64,000 nucleotides of DNA from assembly GCF_000007005.1 (NCBI RefSeq), contig NC_002754.1, one strand, 5' to 3'. The notes below the pieces were generated by a model, which was given only the letters and a program-made list of their open reading frames with translations, was not told the origin of the DNA and did not search any database. Every line of letters begins with the position of its first letter. The first letter of the stretch is position 1. Both the position numbers and the translations under genes were made by a program. This DNA is from Saccharolobus solfataricus P2. Its GTDB lineage: Archaea > Thermoproteota > Thermoprotei_A > Sulfolobales > Sulfolobaceae. Below are positions 13,529 through 26,768 of this stretch, piece after piece.

Positions 13529-14029
13529 CTATTCATTATTAACGTGACTTAATACGCTAAATATTTCACTATACTTGCTGATATCTTTCCACATTTCTAA
13601 ACACTTTACATTCCCTAGATACAACCAGATATTCCCGAAATGCCCTCTTCTATCATCTAGGAAAAGGACTTCGCTTGGTTTTATTTTCTGGTTGGCTTTA
13701 GTATTAATCTCAACAATTATCTGACTTAACATTAAAAATTTGTAGGGATAAGGCTTTGCTACAATTATATCGAAATATTGAAGCAAATCTAGTGCAGCTA
13801 AGACTTTAATTGCCTTATCCTCAAAATTCCACGTTGCTAGACCTAGTATATAACCTCTATTTTTTAATTCCTTAAGGGTCTCTTTAACGTCTGGAAATAA
13901 ATGGAGAACCCTACCTTTAGAATCCTCTAAAGTGTTTGAGTCAATTAGTCTTAAAGGTTCTTCAAACTCCGATATATTATGATGATCCCATAAGGTTTTA
14001 TCAGCATCAAATACTATTGCTCTTATCAT
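13529..14029 (-). CDS. Magnesium-dependent phosphatase-1 family HAD phosphatase
   Basis: FDADKTLW motif I, ATWN motif II, FLDD motif IV; start moved to ATG 14029. Confidence 0.85.
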   Translation of the reverse strand: MIRAIVFDADKTLWDHHNISEFEEPLRLIDSNTLEDSKGRVLHLFPDVKETLKELKNRGYILGLATWNFEDKAIKVLAALDLLQYFDIIVAKPYPYKFLMLSQIIVEINTKANQKIKPSEVLFLDDRRGHFGNIWLYLGNVKCLEMWKDISKYSEIFSVLSHVNNE

Positions 14030-14810
14030 CTCTGTATAGACTAGGAGGAAGAGTATAATAAGCAATTTTACCTTCGTGATAGTCCCTTATTACCGCCCTA
14101 GCAGCCATATCGATATTGGGCTCTTTAGTACTCTTGTAGAACCATCCTCTCCTTATGGCTATCCTTTCTAATAGTTCGTAAGGATTATTAAAATCCACCT
14201 TATAAACACTAATCAAACTTTCTTTCGAAAATTCAATAACTCTATTTATCAGCATCAAAGCCGGTTTTACAGGATCTTCTAATAAATCCGCGTTATATCC
14301 CCTTATTGTTTTTTCTAGCTCATTACCATCTGGGGGTATTACACCTGGCGTATCCCATGCATATATTTTGTTGTCAATCTTAAACAGTTGAATAGATTTG
14401 GTATAACCATATTCCAATGGATGGGCTGACGTTTGAGCTGAATGTCTACCCTTAAGAGCATTAATCACTGAAGACTTTCCGGATTTCGGATACCCTACAA
14501 ACACTACAATCCCTTTATTTCCTTTTAGTAAGGACTTCATTGTATCACGTAAAATTTTAGTACCTAAATGGGAAGTTGCGGATACATACACGCTTTCAAT
14601 ATTCTCTTCAGTCTTAAAGTAATCCTTCCAAGCTTTGAGAACCCATAAAGGTACTAAATCTCCTTTATTTAATACTAATAATATATTTTTATAATTTTTT
14701 ACTATAATATCCTCTATTTTCTTTGACCTGGTTAAAGAAGGTTCTCTAGCATCCAGTACCTCAACTACAAGATCAGATCTCTTGATCAACTGAATGACTT
14801 TTCCCAGCAT
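14007..14810 (-). CDS. Circularly permuted YlqF/Lsg1-family GTPase
   Basis: [12 protein letters not shown] (G4) preceding GYPKSGKSS (G1) and DTPG (G3). Confidence 0.88.
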   Translation of the reverse strand: MLGKVIQLIKRSDLVVEVLDAREPSLTRSKKIEDIIVKNYKNILLVLNKGDLVPLWVLKAWKDYFKTEENIESVYVSATSHLGTKILRDTMKSLLKGNKGIVVFVGYPKSGKSSVINALKGRHSAQTSAHPLEYGYTKSIQLFKIDNKIYAWDTPGVIPPDGNELEKTIRGYNADLLEDPVKPALMLINRVIEFSKESLISVYKVDFNNPYELLERIAIRRGWFYKSTKEPNIDMAARAVIRDYHEGKIAYYTLPPSLYRDDKSNSI

Positions 14811-14844
14811 TCATTTTATTTTCTTGTAATTACTATTTTTATGC

Positions 14845-15822
14845 ATGCCTAAAGGAGAGTTAGCGATATTTGACGAAGGAGACTTTGAAGGGTCAATAGA
14901 CTATCAGTCCTTTACGAAATCGATTAAGCTAAGTAACATAAATAAAGAGGCTAGTTTCTCTATAGATATAGCATCGAAGCCTACTAAGTTTTATCTTATA
15001 ATCCAAGCTAAACGAGAAAAAACATATTTGCCTAGATGGAGGCTTTGGTTTGATAATTTCTCTCTTACAAAAGAATTTAAACCAAATCTCGAAACTGAAA
15101 TAAATGATGCCCAAGTTATCTCAACTATAGTCTATGATATAACTCCTATAATCAAAGAAGGGAAACATCAAATAGCAGTATACCATCCATCTATTCAAGT
15201 ACTTGAGTTACTTAACATAAGTCTGATTTCGTTCTATAGAACAGAAGGTTTTAGTACTAAATATCGACTGAGTGCCGGATCACTAATTTTCAATAGAAAT
15301 GATTCAGTTTCTTTTCACTTAATGAAAAAGTCGTATTTTGTGATAAGAAATGAGAGTAAGGAAGGAATGGTAAAAATAAGTGATATAGACGGGAAAACAA
15401 TATACACAATATTACCTAGCTCTGATAGTGATGAGATAGAAATTGAAAACAATGATGCGATAACGACTACGCTTCAATCAAATAATGAAAAAGACTATGG
15501 AGTTATTTTAGCTTCGTATAACTTACTTGAAAAAGCTCCTAAAATAAATTTTAGCGTAGACAGTAAGGTGAGTGATAACATAATTTACCTATACTTGAAA
15601 AATGAGAGCGAGATAAGTTTAGATAAACTACTAATAAACGTTATGATAAATGGTGTTCCGGCCCATTTTAAAACATTTACCAATATAGATGTTTCCTCGA
15701 CTATAGACCTAAAATTGCCCATATCCGTACCACAAAGTAAGAAAGCTCCAATAATCAACGTAAGAGTAGTTGGGGTAAAGGGAGGATATAGAAAGATAAT
15801 AGATAAACAGATTAGCCTTTAA
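14845..15822 (+). CDS. Hypothetical beta-rich protein (325 aa)
   Basis: Long ORF with normal composition; no catalytic motif recognised. Confidence 0.7.
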   Translation: MPKGELAIFDEGDFEGSIDYQSFTKSIKLSNINKEASFSIDIASKPTKFYLIIQAKREKTYLPRWRLWFDNFSLTKEFKPNLETEINDAQVISTIVYDITPIIKEGKHQIAVYHPSIQVLELLNISLISFYRTEGFSTKYRLSAGSLIFNRNDSVSFHLMKKSYFVIRNESKEGMVKISDIDGKTIYTILPSSDSDEIEIENNDAITTTLQSNNEKDYGVILASYNLLEKAPKINFSVDSKVSDNIIYLYLKNESEISLDKLLINVMINGVPAHFKTFTNIDVSSTIDLKLPISVPQSKKAPIINVRVVGVKGGYRKIIDKQISL

Positions 15823-16660
15823 AGAATGGAAGACTCCCTAGTAAAAACGCGATTATTCCTGAAATTGCTGATATTTTTAGATATGTTCTAGCTTTAGAGG
15901 CTCCTTCTATTGTCTCCTTTTGAATTATGGAAAGAATAGTGAAAGGAATAAAAACAAGTATTAGAAGTATAAGGTAAATTAAATTAAAACCTATAAAGAA
16001 TGGTAAAGGTGATATTATTAATAGAAGTACAAGTAGAATTTTTGCTATTCTCCAAGATTTATTTATCCCAAGGGTTGTGGCTAACGTTTTCACGTTATTA
16101 AGTGAATCCCCATTATAGTCTTCAATACCCTTTACTATCTCTCTTATTAAGGTGAGAAAGAATGCATAGAGTGTGGGAATTATTATCCTTAAAAGCCAGT
16201 TATCGGAGAAAAAAGCTAGGCCACCGTAAAATATCGAAAGAGCAGTGGTTGTTGCTACTAATAAATTACCGTAAAAGCCAGTTTTCTTTAGATCTTTGGC
16301 GTAATATATCAAGCCAATTGCGGTTACTAGCGCTATTACTAAAGCGTAAATATTTAATAGAATCGAAAGTGCTATACCAATTATAAATAGAGCTATTGAT
16401 AGTGCTTTTGCTTTATTTACTGATATTTTGCCTGATGGGATAGGTCTGTATGGTTTATTTATTTTATCTATTTCTACATCATATACGTCATTTATAACGT
16501 ATCCTCCGGCTGCAATAAGGCCAACTACCAGTGCGGATAGTAAAATTCCTTTGAGTTCGAGATACCATTGCGACGAAACCAAAAAGCCCATAATTGCCCC
16601 TAGCGCTGCCCCTATAACATTATGTATTCTAACAAGTTGCATATAGGATTTTAAACTCAC
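15812..16660 (-). CDS. Digeranylgeranylglyceryl phosphate synthase (UbiA family)
   Basis: [25 protein letters not shown] and [13 protein letters not shown] Asp-rich motifs; multiple TM segments. Confidence 0.9.
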   Translation of the reverse strand: MSLKSYMQLVRIHNVIGAALGAIMGFLVSSQWYLELKGILLSALVVGLIAAGGYVINDVYDVEIDKINKPYRPIPSGKISVNKAKALSIALFIIGIALSILLNIYALVIALVTAIGLIYYAKDLKKTGFYGNLLVATTTALSIFYGGLAFFSDNWLLRIIIPTLYAFFLTLIREIVKGIEDYNGDSLNNVKTLATTLGINKSWRIAKILLVLLLIISPLPFFIGFNLIYLILLILVFIPFTILSIIQKETIEGASKARTYLKISAISGIIAFLLGSLPFFKG

Positions 16661-16671
16661 GATAACGTTAA

Positions 16672-17789
<1,118 letters not shown>

Positions 17790-17802
<13 letters not shown>

Positions 17803-18164
17803 GATCTATCAGCCTCATTTATAGTATATCTCTTAGCCCCTAATTTTTCAACTATATACCTAAATGCATTTAGGGGGCTAGTATGTGGACCACAAGAGTA
17901 TACATCGACTGTTGCGAATCTATACTCCGGCCATGTATGTATAGTTATATGACTTTCTAATATAATCGCCACTACGCTTACTCCCTCCCCAATTTTCCAT
18001 GACTTTATATCAAGAATGTTCATATTGCCTATATCTGCAGCCTCCTTTATTATTTGCTCCAACCTCTTAGTATCTTTTAAAACGTCCTCATCACACTCAT
18101 ATAAGCTTCCATATACTTGCTTTCCTACTACTTTAGGAAAAGCTAACTCTACCCCCATCATCAA
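17790..18164 (-). CDS. speH: S-adenosylmethionine decarboxylase proenzyme
   Basis: LE|[10 protein letters not shown] self-cleavage motif, VDVYSCG. Confidence 0.9.
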
Positions 18165-18275
18165 CCCCCCACTTAAACCCCTCTACTTTATTATTTATAA
18201 ATTTATTTCTGCCTGATCACGGTTAAAAGTAAGTTTTTAATGCTAATTGATAAATACTAATGTATCTGATGAGCA

Positions 18276-18563
18276 GTGGCAATTAGAAGACTTGTTTTAG
18301 ACGTTCTGAAGCCTATTAGGGGAACATCGATAGTTGACTTAGCTGAGAGAATCTCAAAATTGGATGGTGTCGAAGGCGTAAACATAAGTGTCACTGATAT
18401 GGACGTTGAAACTATGGGATTAATGATAATAATTGAAGGAACCAGTCTCAATTTTGATGATATAAGAAAAATGCTAGAAGAAGAGGGATGTGCAATCCAT
18501 AGCATTGATGAAGTAGTAAGTGGTAATAGAATAATTGAGGGAAAGATAAAGGATGATTTGTGA
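18276..18563 (+). CDS. DUF211-family protein
   Basis: [11 protein letters not shown]...GVEGVNI...[10 protein letters not shown] family pattern. Confidence 0.8.
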   Translation: MAIRRLVLDVLKPIRGTSIVDLAERISKLDGVEGVNISVTDMDVETMGLMIIIEGTSLNFDDIRKMLEEEGCAIHSIDEVVSGNRIIEGKIKDDL

Positions 18564-19524
18564 TAATTGTAAGACGCGAGAAGCGGTAATTCTACAACCA
18601 CATACTGGAAGAAAATTATGTAAAGAATGTTTTATAGAAGACATTAGAAAAAGGGTTGAAATGGAGGCTAGAAAGCAGGAGATAGTAAATTCCAATAAAA
18701 TACTTTTAGCGGTCTCAGGCGGAAAGGATAGCTTAGTATTAGCTGATACCTTGTCTCAATTTATACATCCATCTAGACTAATAGCATTCAATATAAATGA
18801 GGGTATAAAGGGATACAATAGAAATGAATACGTGAAGAAGCTAGAAGAGTATCTGAAAGATCTAGGGATTGAACTAATAAAAAGTGGATTTAAAGAGGAA
18901 GTTGGATTTTCTTTAGATGAGATGCTAGAAGCTTCGTTAAAGAAAAAGCTTAATGTATCCGCTTGTACATTTTGTGGAGGATTCAGAAGGAAGTTAATTA
19001 ATGAAGCTGGAATTAAAGTAGCCGCAGATTACGTGGCAACTGGACATAATTTAGACGATGAGGTACAAACTATAGTTATAAATTTGATAAGAGGTGACTT
19101 GTTAAGACTAATAAGGTTCGGGGATAAGCCATTAATGGTAAGTAGTAAGTTCGTAATGAGAGTTAAACCGTTGAGAAAAATCTATGAATGGGAGACAACG
19201 ATGTATGCACATCTCAAAGGCTTCGAGTTTCAAGAAACCGAATGCCCATATATTTCTCAAAAGCCAACTCTAAGGGCTAAGGTAAGGGACCTATTGTACA
19301 AACTAGAGGAGAAGAAACCAGGGACATTACTTAGAATACTAGAACAGTTTGATGAGATTTCAGAGAAAATCAAAAAAGAGTATAGACTCACTAACGAATT
19401 ACCTAATTGTGTAATTTGTGGAGAGCCCACCACACCAGGGAGAATGATATGTAAGAATTGTGAATTACTAATTAGATCTGGGTTAATGCCTCAAGAATAT
19501 CAAAAATACTTACCTATATCGTAG
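18553..19524 (+). CDS. ttuA: TtuA/Ncs6-family tRNA 2-thiolation sulfurtransferase
   Basis: N- and C-terminal Zn fingers, SGGKDS PP-loop, [15 protein letters not shown]. Confidence 0.85.
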   Translation: MICDNCKTREAVILQPHTGRKLCKECFIEDIRKRVEMEARKQEIVNSNKILLAVSGGKDSLVLADTLSQFIHPSRLIAFNINEGIKGYNRNEYVKKLEEYLKDLGIELIKSGFKEEVGFSLDEMLEASLKKKLNVSACTFCGGFRRKLINEAGIKVAADYVATGHNLDDEVQTIVINLIRGDLLRLIRFGDKPLMVSSKFVMRVKPLRKIYEWETTMYAHLKGFEFQETECPYISQKPTLRAKVRDLLYKLEEKKPGTLLRILEQFDEISEKIKKEYRLTNELPNCVICGEPTTPGRMICKNCELLIRSGLMPQEYQKYLPIS

Positions 19525-20024
19525 ATTCTCTCCTTTACGTTTTTCCTCTTATTTGCTACTATAGCCATTGAGAATAATAAAGAAGATAATCTGTTCAGAT
19601 AAACTATTATCCATTTGTTGAAATTCAATTCCTTAGAGTAAGCTACCGCATTTCTTTCAACCCTTCTAGCAATACTCCTTACTACATGTAAATACGAAGC
19701 TTGCTCGGAACCACCTGGTATTACGAATAGCTTTACGGGACCACTTTCTTTCCTATATTCAACAGTTCTACTTTCTAGCCACTTTATAGTTTCCTCATTT
19801 ATTCTACCCTTATCTTGAATAATTTCCTCACCTAATATAAATAACTCAGTTTGAACACGCATAAGATCGCTTTGCATATCTTCCCATTCAATTTTTGTTA
19901 AGGCTAACCCTATGAAGGAGTTAAGCTCATCTATATCTCCCAATAAGTTTACTACCGGAGAATCTTTTCCTACTCTTTTAGATATTACATTGGTATTTCC
20001 ATCGTCTCCAGTTCTGGTGAACAT
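19500..20024 (-). CDS. pduO: PduO-type cob(I)alamin adenosyltransferase
   Basis: [31 protein letters not shown] motifs. Confidence 0.92.
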   Translation of the reverse strand: MFTRTGDDGNTNVISKRVGKDSPVVNLLGDIDELNSFIGLALTKIEWEDMQSDLMRVQTELFILGEEIIQDKGRINEETIKWLESRTVEYRKESGPVKLFVIPGGSEQASYLHVVRSIARRVERNAVAYSKELNFNKWIIVYLNRLSSLLFSMAIVANKRKNVKERIYDIGKYF

Positions 20025-20106
20025 TAGTTAATATTTAAAAAAGACCTAGCTATATCATTTTTGGTGAAGTAAAATAAGCTCACAGTATAGGGACTTTATT
20101 GACTTT

Positions 20107-22941
20107 TTGAATAACATTGCCTATAAGTGGCAGACGAGATGGGAGGAAGATAAAATTTACGAGTCTAATCCGAATCCCAGCAAACCTAAATTTTTCACTA
20201 CAGTTGCATTTCCTTATCCTAATAGCCCTTGGCATATAGGGCATGGAAGAACATACGTTACTGGAGATATTTTAGCTAGATATAAACGAATGAGAGGGTA
20301 TAACGTACTATTCCCCATGGCATTTCACTACACTGGAACGCCTATAATGGCAATGGCTGACGCAATTGCAAAAGGTGATAAAGAGCTCATAGAGACCTTT
20401 AAGGATATTTATGAAATATCACCGGACGTAATCCCTAGAATGTCTGATCCATTATTCATGGCGAATTATTTTAAAGAGGATATAAAGGCTTCAATGAGAG
20501 AGATAGGTTTAGGGATAGATTGGAGAAGGGAATTTACTACAATTGATCCTGAATTTTCATCATTTGTAACATGGCAGTTTCATAAATTACAGAGCAAGGG
20601 ATATATAGTGAAAGATACTCACCCTGTAGGATGGTGCCCAGTTCATCATATACCAGTTGGTATGCACGATACTAAAGGAGATGTAGAACCAGAAATAGGC
20701 GAATTTGTATTAATATATTTCAATTCAGAAAAGGGTATATTTCCAGCAGCTACGCTCAGGCCAGAGACGATATTTGGTGCTACAGCATTATGGATAAACC
20801 CCTCTGAGATGTATGTAGTTGCTAGTATGTTAGGTAAAAAGATGATATTAAGCGAAAAAGCCGCTGCTAAATTGTCTTTTCAAATAGATGATATAGAAAT
20901 AGAGGAGAAGATTAAGGGATCTAAACTAGTTGGGCTTAAGGTAGAAAATCCAATAACCGGAAAGCATATAGCAGTATTAGGAGCAGACTTCGTTGATGTT
21001 AGTTTAGGGACTGGCGTTGTTATGAGTGTACCAGCTCACGCTCCCTTTGACTATTATTATTCTAAGAAGACATTTAAGAATAACAATATTGAGATTATAC
21101 CAGTAATTACAGTAGAAGGTTTAGGAAACGCACTGGCTAAAGACGTTGTCGAGAAGAACAACCCAAAGAGTGATGAGGATTTAAAAAAATTAACAGAATA
21201 CGTCTACAGAACAGAATACAATAAGGGTGTGTTGAGGAGTGATCTTGGAAACTTAATTAGGGAAGAGTATAGAAATGAATTAAAGAGTTTAGGTGGACTT
21301 CCAGTTCCTAAGGGTAGAGAACTAATAACTAACTTCTTAATTTCTAAAGGCTTGGGTAGAAAAATATTTGAAGTGATGAATAAACCGGTCTATTGTAGGT
21401 GTGGCACAGAAATTGTAGTCAAGATACTTAAAGACCAATGGTTCTTGGATTATTCAAATAAAGAATGGAAAGAACTCGCGAGGAAATCTTTATCTAAAAT
21501 TAATGTAATTCCAGAGGAATCCAGAAAGGATTTTGAATTCACTATAGAATGGTTGGAGAAAAGAGCTTGTGCTAGAACTAGAGGATTAGGTACTCCACTA
21601 CCTTGGGATAAAAAATGGATAATAGAAAGCTTAAGTGATTCTACGATCTATATGGCGTATTATACTATTTCTCACAAAATTAAACAATATAAACTATCAC
21701 CTTCCAAACTAACTCAAGAATTTTGGGATTACGTAATGCTGGGCATAGGTAATTTAGAAGAGATAAGCGAAAAAACTGGTATCCCCTCCAATATCATAAA
21801 AGAATTTAGAGAAGAATTCCTATATTGGTATCCTTTAGATATTAGACATAGCGGAAAGGACTTGATTCCAAATCATTTGACTTTCTTTATCTTTAATCAC
21901 GCAGCGATCTTCCAGGAGAACTTATGGCCAAAAGCAATTGCTGTAAATGGTTTAGTCTTATATGAAGGAAAGAAGATGAGCAAGTCACTTAGGAACATTA
22001 TACCGTTAAGAAAAGGTCTAAAAATGTATGGGGTTGACGTAATGCGAATTGCCGTTTCGTCTACAGCTGATATGGGATCAGATGTGAACTTCTCTGAATC
22101 TTTAGTAAAAACCGTAGGAGAAACCTTAAGAAAAATGTATGAACTTTTCAAGAGCTTAGATAATTATACTGGAGATATCTTGGGATTCCCAGAGAAATGG
22201 TTATTATCAAGAATATATGAGATCACAAGTAGTACAACCAGACATATGGAAGCGTTAGAACTGAGGGATGCAGTCAACGAGTTACTATTTGTATTCTCTT
22301 CAGATTTGGATGAGTATTTCGGCATGGTAAGTGCTGAGGGAAGAGAGGCGAATAATAAAGTTTTACGGGAAGTTTTAACAATATGGCTTAAGCTTATTAC
22401 ACCATTTGCTCCGCATTTAGCTGAGGAAATATGGCACGAAATCTTAAAACAAAAAACGTATATAGTAAATGAAGGTTGGCCAGAGGTTGAAGGTTCAAAG
22501 ATGGACGAACTAACGCTATTGGAACATGAATACATGAAGAGAATTGTTGAAGATATAAGGTCAATCCTAAACATTTTTAAGGGAACACCGAAACTCATTA
22601 AAATTTACGCTTTGAACGATTCTAGATATATGGAATTGCTTAGGGATGCTATAGTAGCTAATGGACAAATGAAAAAGTTTATGGACATTCATAAACCTAA
22701 GAGTAGAGAAGATGCTAGAATTTTACAGAAAATCTTTAATGAATCCTTAGAAATTGACGATAAGATGAAGAAATTAGTTACAAACTATAATATTAATGAG
22801 GTAGATGTACTCAATAAATTATCAAAATATATTAGGAGAAAGTTAAATGTAGACATTCTTATAGAGCCTTATGATGAAGAAGTCAAAAAGACATATAATA
22901 AAGAAGCCATGCCCTTAAGACCTGCTATAATAATTGAGTAA
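20107..22941 (+). CDS. leuS: Leucyl-tRNA synthetase, archaeal type
   Basis: HIGH (PWHIGH), KMSKS, CP1 editing motifs ATLRPET and [15 protein letters not shown]. Confidence 0.96.
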   Translation: MNNIAYKWQTRWEEDKIYESNPNPSKPKFFTTVAFPYPNSPWHIGHGRTYVTGDILARYKRMRGYNVLFPMAFHYTGTPIMAMADAIAKGDKELIETFKDIYEISPDVIPRMSDPLFMANYFKEDIKASMREIGLGIDWRREFTTIDPEFSSFVTWQFHKLQSKGYIVKDTHPVGWCPVHHIPVGMHDTKGDVEPEIGEFVLIYFNSEKGIFPAATLRPETIFGATALWINPSEMYVVASMLGKKMILSEKAAAKLSFQIDDIEIEEKIKGSKLVGLKVENPITGKHIAVLGADFVDVSLGTGVVMSVPAHAPFDYYYSKKTFKNNNIEIIPVITVEGLGNALAKDVVEKNNPKSDEDLKKLTEYVYRTEYNKGVLRSDLGNLIREEYRNELKSLGGLPVPKGRELITNFLISKGLGRKIFEVMNKPVYCRCGTEIVVKILKDQWFLDYSNKEWKELARKSLSKINVIPEESRKDFEFTIEWLEKRACARTRGLGTPLPWDKKWIIESLSDSTIYMAYYTISHKIKQYKLSPSKLTQEFWDYVMLGIGNLEEISEKTGIPSNIIKEFREEFLYWYPLDIRHSGKDLIPNHLTFFIFNHAAIFQENLWPKAIAVNGLVLYEGKKMSKSLRNIIPLRKGLKMYGVDVMRIAVSSTADMGSDVNFSESLVKTVGETLRKMYELFKSLDNYTGDILGFPEKWLLSRIYEITSSTTRHMEALELRDAVNELLFVFSSDLDEYFGMVSAEGREANNKVLREVLTIWLKLITPFAPHLAEEIWHEILKQKTYIVNEGWPEVEGSKMDELTLLEHEYMKRIVEDIRSILNIFKGTPKLIKIYALNDSRYMELLRDAIVANGQMKKFMDIHKPKSREDARILQKIFNESLEIDDKMKKLVTNYNINEVDVLNKLSKYIRRKLNVDILIEPYDEEVKKTYNKEAMPLRPAIIIE

Positions 22942-23524
22942 GAATAACTTTTCGATCTTTAACTTCTATTATACCTAACTCTTTAAGAAATGCTAGTTCA
23001 ACTCTAACATTATCTCTATTTGTCTCATATTTTTTTGAAATTATATTTACTAAATCTCTAATCTCAACTTCTCCTCCATATTCTCTTAAAAAATTAATAA
23101 TATCTTCATGTATAGGTCTTAGTTTCCTATCGATAACTTTTCCATTAATTACACTAAATATAAACAGATCCCCAGCATTATTTTGAGCCTTATATAAATT
23201 TGTAGAAATCTTATCTATCCTTAAAATATCGTCAAAATCCTTATTTATTTTTACAAAACTTGTTACTAGATTGTATCTTATTGGTAGATCAGAGGCTTCC
23301 TCAGCTTCAAAAACTATCACGTATGATCCTTCTACACACCGCTGGTCTATCTCTCTTATAGATAATTTTAAGAATTTTTCATAATTAATTATACATACAC
23401 TAATATTTTCCTTATACAATCTTTGTGTAATATTATAAATTAAAACAATTTTAGCGTTAATATGATACGACTGCAAAAGTATTTTTCTATTTCTCAAGGA
23501 CATTAGATAATCTAACAAATTCAC
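22925..23524 (-). CDS. Hypothetical protein with a C-terminal winged HTH
   Basis: C-terminus [18 protein letters not shown]...[23 protein letters not shown] fits a wHTH. Confidence 0.7.
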
Positions 23525-23525
23525 G

Positions 23526-24656
23526 ATGAGATTTTCATTAAAGCTTATTTATTTATTTTACGTTGCTTATCTAGGGTTTTATATTGCACCAACCAAGTTA
23601 GTTAGAAATAAGATAAAATCTTGGCTATTAAATGCAAGCGAATATGATTTTACAGATATAAAAGAAGGAATAAGATTACATCTTAATGAATCCCCATTTG
23701 AGCCTCCACAATTTATAATAGATGCGGTTAAGATGTATTTAAGTAAGGGAAACAGATATCAACATCCAGATCTTTTAGAAAAATATAGGGAATTGGCTGC
23801 TGAATATTCGAAGGTGGAACCAGAAAACATTTATCCATCTGTAGGTGCGGATGGGTCAATCAGAGCAATATTTTATAACCTTGTAGAGCCGGGTGATACA
23901 ATACTAACGAATTACCCGTCTTATAGTATGTATTCTGTTTACTCTTCAGTAAGAGGAACTAAGGTAATTAAAGTAAATCTTAAAGAGGATAATGAATGGT
24001 GGAAAGAAAACACTGATGATTTACTTGCTCAAGCAGAAAAAGTTGAGTTAGTCATAATTGATGATCCTAATAATCCTACAGGATCGCCAATGCTAAATGG
24101 GAAAAAGGAACTAATAGGTCAATTAGCAGAAAACACAAAAGGGTTTGTTGTAATTGATGAGGCATACTACGAATTTGGAGGATATACAGTTTCACCTTAT
24201 ATTTACGACTATCCTAACGTTTTGGTGGTTAGGACTCTGAGTAAGGCATTTTCATTAGCTTCCTATAGATTAGGTTATACGATAGCTAATGAGGAGATAG
24301 TAAAGGCTCTTATGAAATCATCAACACCTTTTGATATACCTTTACCTTCACTCATTGCCGGAATTACAGCATTAGAAAACCCGTCATATATAAAAGATGT
24401 CGTAAACATAGTTAATAGGAATAGGGAAATATTATATCAAGGGCTTAAGAATCTAAATCTGAAAGTTTACAAGTCGATAACCAATTTCCTTTTAATAAAA
24501 GATAACAGAAACTTGCAGGAAATGCTTATGAGACACGGGATTGCAATAAGAAAGTTATATGACAACTTTTATAGAATAACAATAGGGACTGAAGATCAGT
24601 GCAAGATGGTTATAGATAAACTTGGTGAGGAACTTGAAAATAGCAATTCCAAATAA
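23526..24656 (+). CDS. hisC: Histidinol-phosphate aminotransferase (start uncertain)
   Basis: [40 protein letters not shown]-lysine motif. Confidence 0.93.
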
Positions 24657-25494
24657 AGGAAGACTCCAGCAACCTACGCTACAATTTTTACAGTCAGTAG
24701 GCATAAAACCGTTGGCCAGTGACGATAGAGCGTTAATAGTACCGACAAGTTGGGAGGGAGTGCAGCTAGTCATGATCAGAACCGAGGACATACCTAATAT
24801 TGTGGAAACCGGTGCTACAGAATTAGGAATTACTGGTCATGATTATGTTATAGAAAGTAGTGCAGATGTTGAAGAGCTAATCAAACTAGACTTTGGAAGA
24901 TCAAAAATAGTTCTAGCAGTACCTCAAACTTGGAGAGAAAATTCTGTGGACGAATTGAAAGGAAAGGAATTTAGAGTAGCTACTAAATACTATAACATCG
25001 CAAAGGAATACGTAAGGAGAAGAGAACTAAATGCAAAGGTAGTAAAAATAAGCGGAGCTGCTGAGGTAATGCCATCACTGGGTGCTGCTGAGGCAATAAT
25101 CGACGTAATGAGTACTGGGACTACACTAAAACTACATGGGTTAAAAGCAATAGACGTTATAATGGACTCCTATGCTGTAGTTATAGGAAATAGAAACTGG
25201 ATAAAAAACGATGAGGCTGATAGGATTAATTTACTTCTTACAATGATGAAAGGGGCAATAGCAGCTAAGGGTAAGAAAATGATATTCATGAATGTACCCG
25301 ATAATAAACTAGATGGAGTAATAAATTCGCTGCCTGCAATGTTAGCCCCAGCAATAACTAGATTAAGCAGATCAGACATATGGGAAGTAATTACGGTAGC
25401 AGAGGAGGATATACTACCAGAAGTTATAGCCAAAGTGAAAGCTGCTGGAGCTAGGGATATCGTTGTAATTGATATAGAGAAAGTGGTGAAATAG
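24634..25494 (+). CDS. hisG: ATP phosphoribosyltransferase, long form
   Basis: [26 protein letters not shown]-terminal regulatory domain; TTG after GGTGA. Confidence 0.95.
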
Positions 25495-25495
25495 A

Positions 25496-26194
25496 TTGAA
25501 TGAAATAATTCCAAGTATTGATATAAGCTTTGGAAAAGCGGTAAAACGAATTAGAGGAGTTAGGGGAACTGGTCTAGTTTTAGGTAATCCAATAGAACTA
25601 GCAAATAAACTCTATAATGAAGGATACTCAAGAATACACGTAGTTGATTTAGATGCTGCAGAAGGGGTTGGTAACAACGAGATGTACATCAAAGAAATAT
25701 GTAAAATAGGATTTGATTGGATTCAAGTAGGCGGGGGTATAAGGGACGTTGAAAAAGCTAAAAGATTAATCTCATTAGATGTTAATGCCCTAATTTTCTC
25801 CACAATAGTATTTACTAATTTCAATCTATTTTACAATATTGTAAGAGAAATCGGAAATAATAGAGTAATAGTATCTATAGATTATGACGATACGAAAAGA
25901 GTTCTAATAAGCGGATGGAAAGAGAGATCAATGGAAATAATAGATGGTATTAAGAAGGTAAATGAACTTGAATTATTAGGGATTATACTAACCTATGTCA
26001 CCAATGAAGGTACCGTTAAAGGAATCGATTATAGTGTGAAAGATTATGCAAAACTAATACGAGGGGTAAAAGAATATGCTGGCGGTGTTTCAAGTGATTC
26101 AGATATTACGTTTTTAAAAAACGTTGGATTTGATTACATAATAGTTGGAATGGCTTTTTACCTAAATAAAATAAGGGGGACTAACGTTGTCTAG
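25496..26194 (+). CDS. hisA: ProFAR isomerase
   Basis: IIPSID, HVVDLDAA, QVGGGIR motifs. Confidence 0.92.
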   Translation: MNEIIPSIDISFGKAVKRIRGVRGTGLVLGNPIELANKLYNEGYSRIHVVDLDAAEGVGNNEMYIKEICKIGFDWIQVGGGIRDVEKAKRLISLDVNALIFSTIVFTNFNLFYNIVREIGNNRVIVSIDYDDTKRVLISGWKERSMEIIDGIKKVNELELLGIILTYVTNEGTVKGIDYSVKDYAKLIRGVKEYAGGVSSDSDITFLKNVGFDYIIVGMAFYLNKIRGTNVV

Positions 26195-26768
26195 AAGCGC
26201 AAATATAACTAGAGAAACAAAGGAGACTAAAATAGAGGTACTCTTAGACATAGATAGAAAAGGCGAAGTTAAGGTTTCCACTCCAATTCCATTTTTTAAC
26301 CACATGCTTATAACATTACTAACCTACATGAACTCTACTGCAATAGTGTCTGCTACAGATAAACTACCCTATGACGATCATCATATTGTGGAAGATGTCG
26401 CAATAACGCTTGGTTTGGCAATAAAGACCGCACTAGGCGATAAGAGAGGAATAAAAAGATTCTCCCACCAAATTATACCAATGGATGATGCTTTGGTTTT
26501 AGTTTCACTAGATATTTCAAATAGAGGAATGGCCTTCGTTAATCTTAATTTGAAAAGAAGTGAAATTGGTGGATTAGCTACGGAAAATGTTCCACATTTC
26601 TTCCAATCCTTTGCTTACAATAGTGGAATCACTTTACATATTTCTCAATTGAGTGGATATAATACACACCATATCATAGAGGCTAGTTTTAAGGCCTTAG
26701 GATTAGCACTATACGAAGCAACGAGAATAGTAGACAATGAAATAAGAAGCACGAAGGGGATAATATGA
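26187..26768 (+). CDS. hisB: Imidazoleglycerol-phosphate dehydratase (monofunctional)
   Basis: RETKET, DDHHIVED, PMDDAL, HHIIEASFKA motifs. Confidence 0.96.
   Translation: MSRSANITRETKETKIEVLLDIDRKGEVKVSTPIPFFNHMLITLLTYMNSTAIVSATDKLPYDDHHIVEDVAITLGLAIKTALGDKRGIKRFSHQIIPMDDALVLVSLDISNRGMAFVNLNLKRSEIGGLATENVPHFFQSFAYNSGITLHISQLSGYNTHHIIEASFKALGLALYEATRIVDNEIRSTKGII

Noticed and set aside
18152-18181. G-run cluster (G4, G6, G5 on the minus strand) at the speH start as a possible G-quadruplex controlling polyamine synthesis
   Set aside because: Only three runs, and the TATA position predicts a TSS near 18172 that leaves just two in the mRNA; an SD plus a Gly codon explains them
20092-20109. Possible ATT start a few codons upstream of the leuS TTG
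   Set aside because: The TTG start already precedes all conserved motifs, so nothing requires an earlier start
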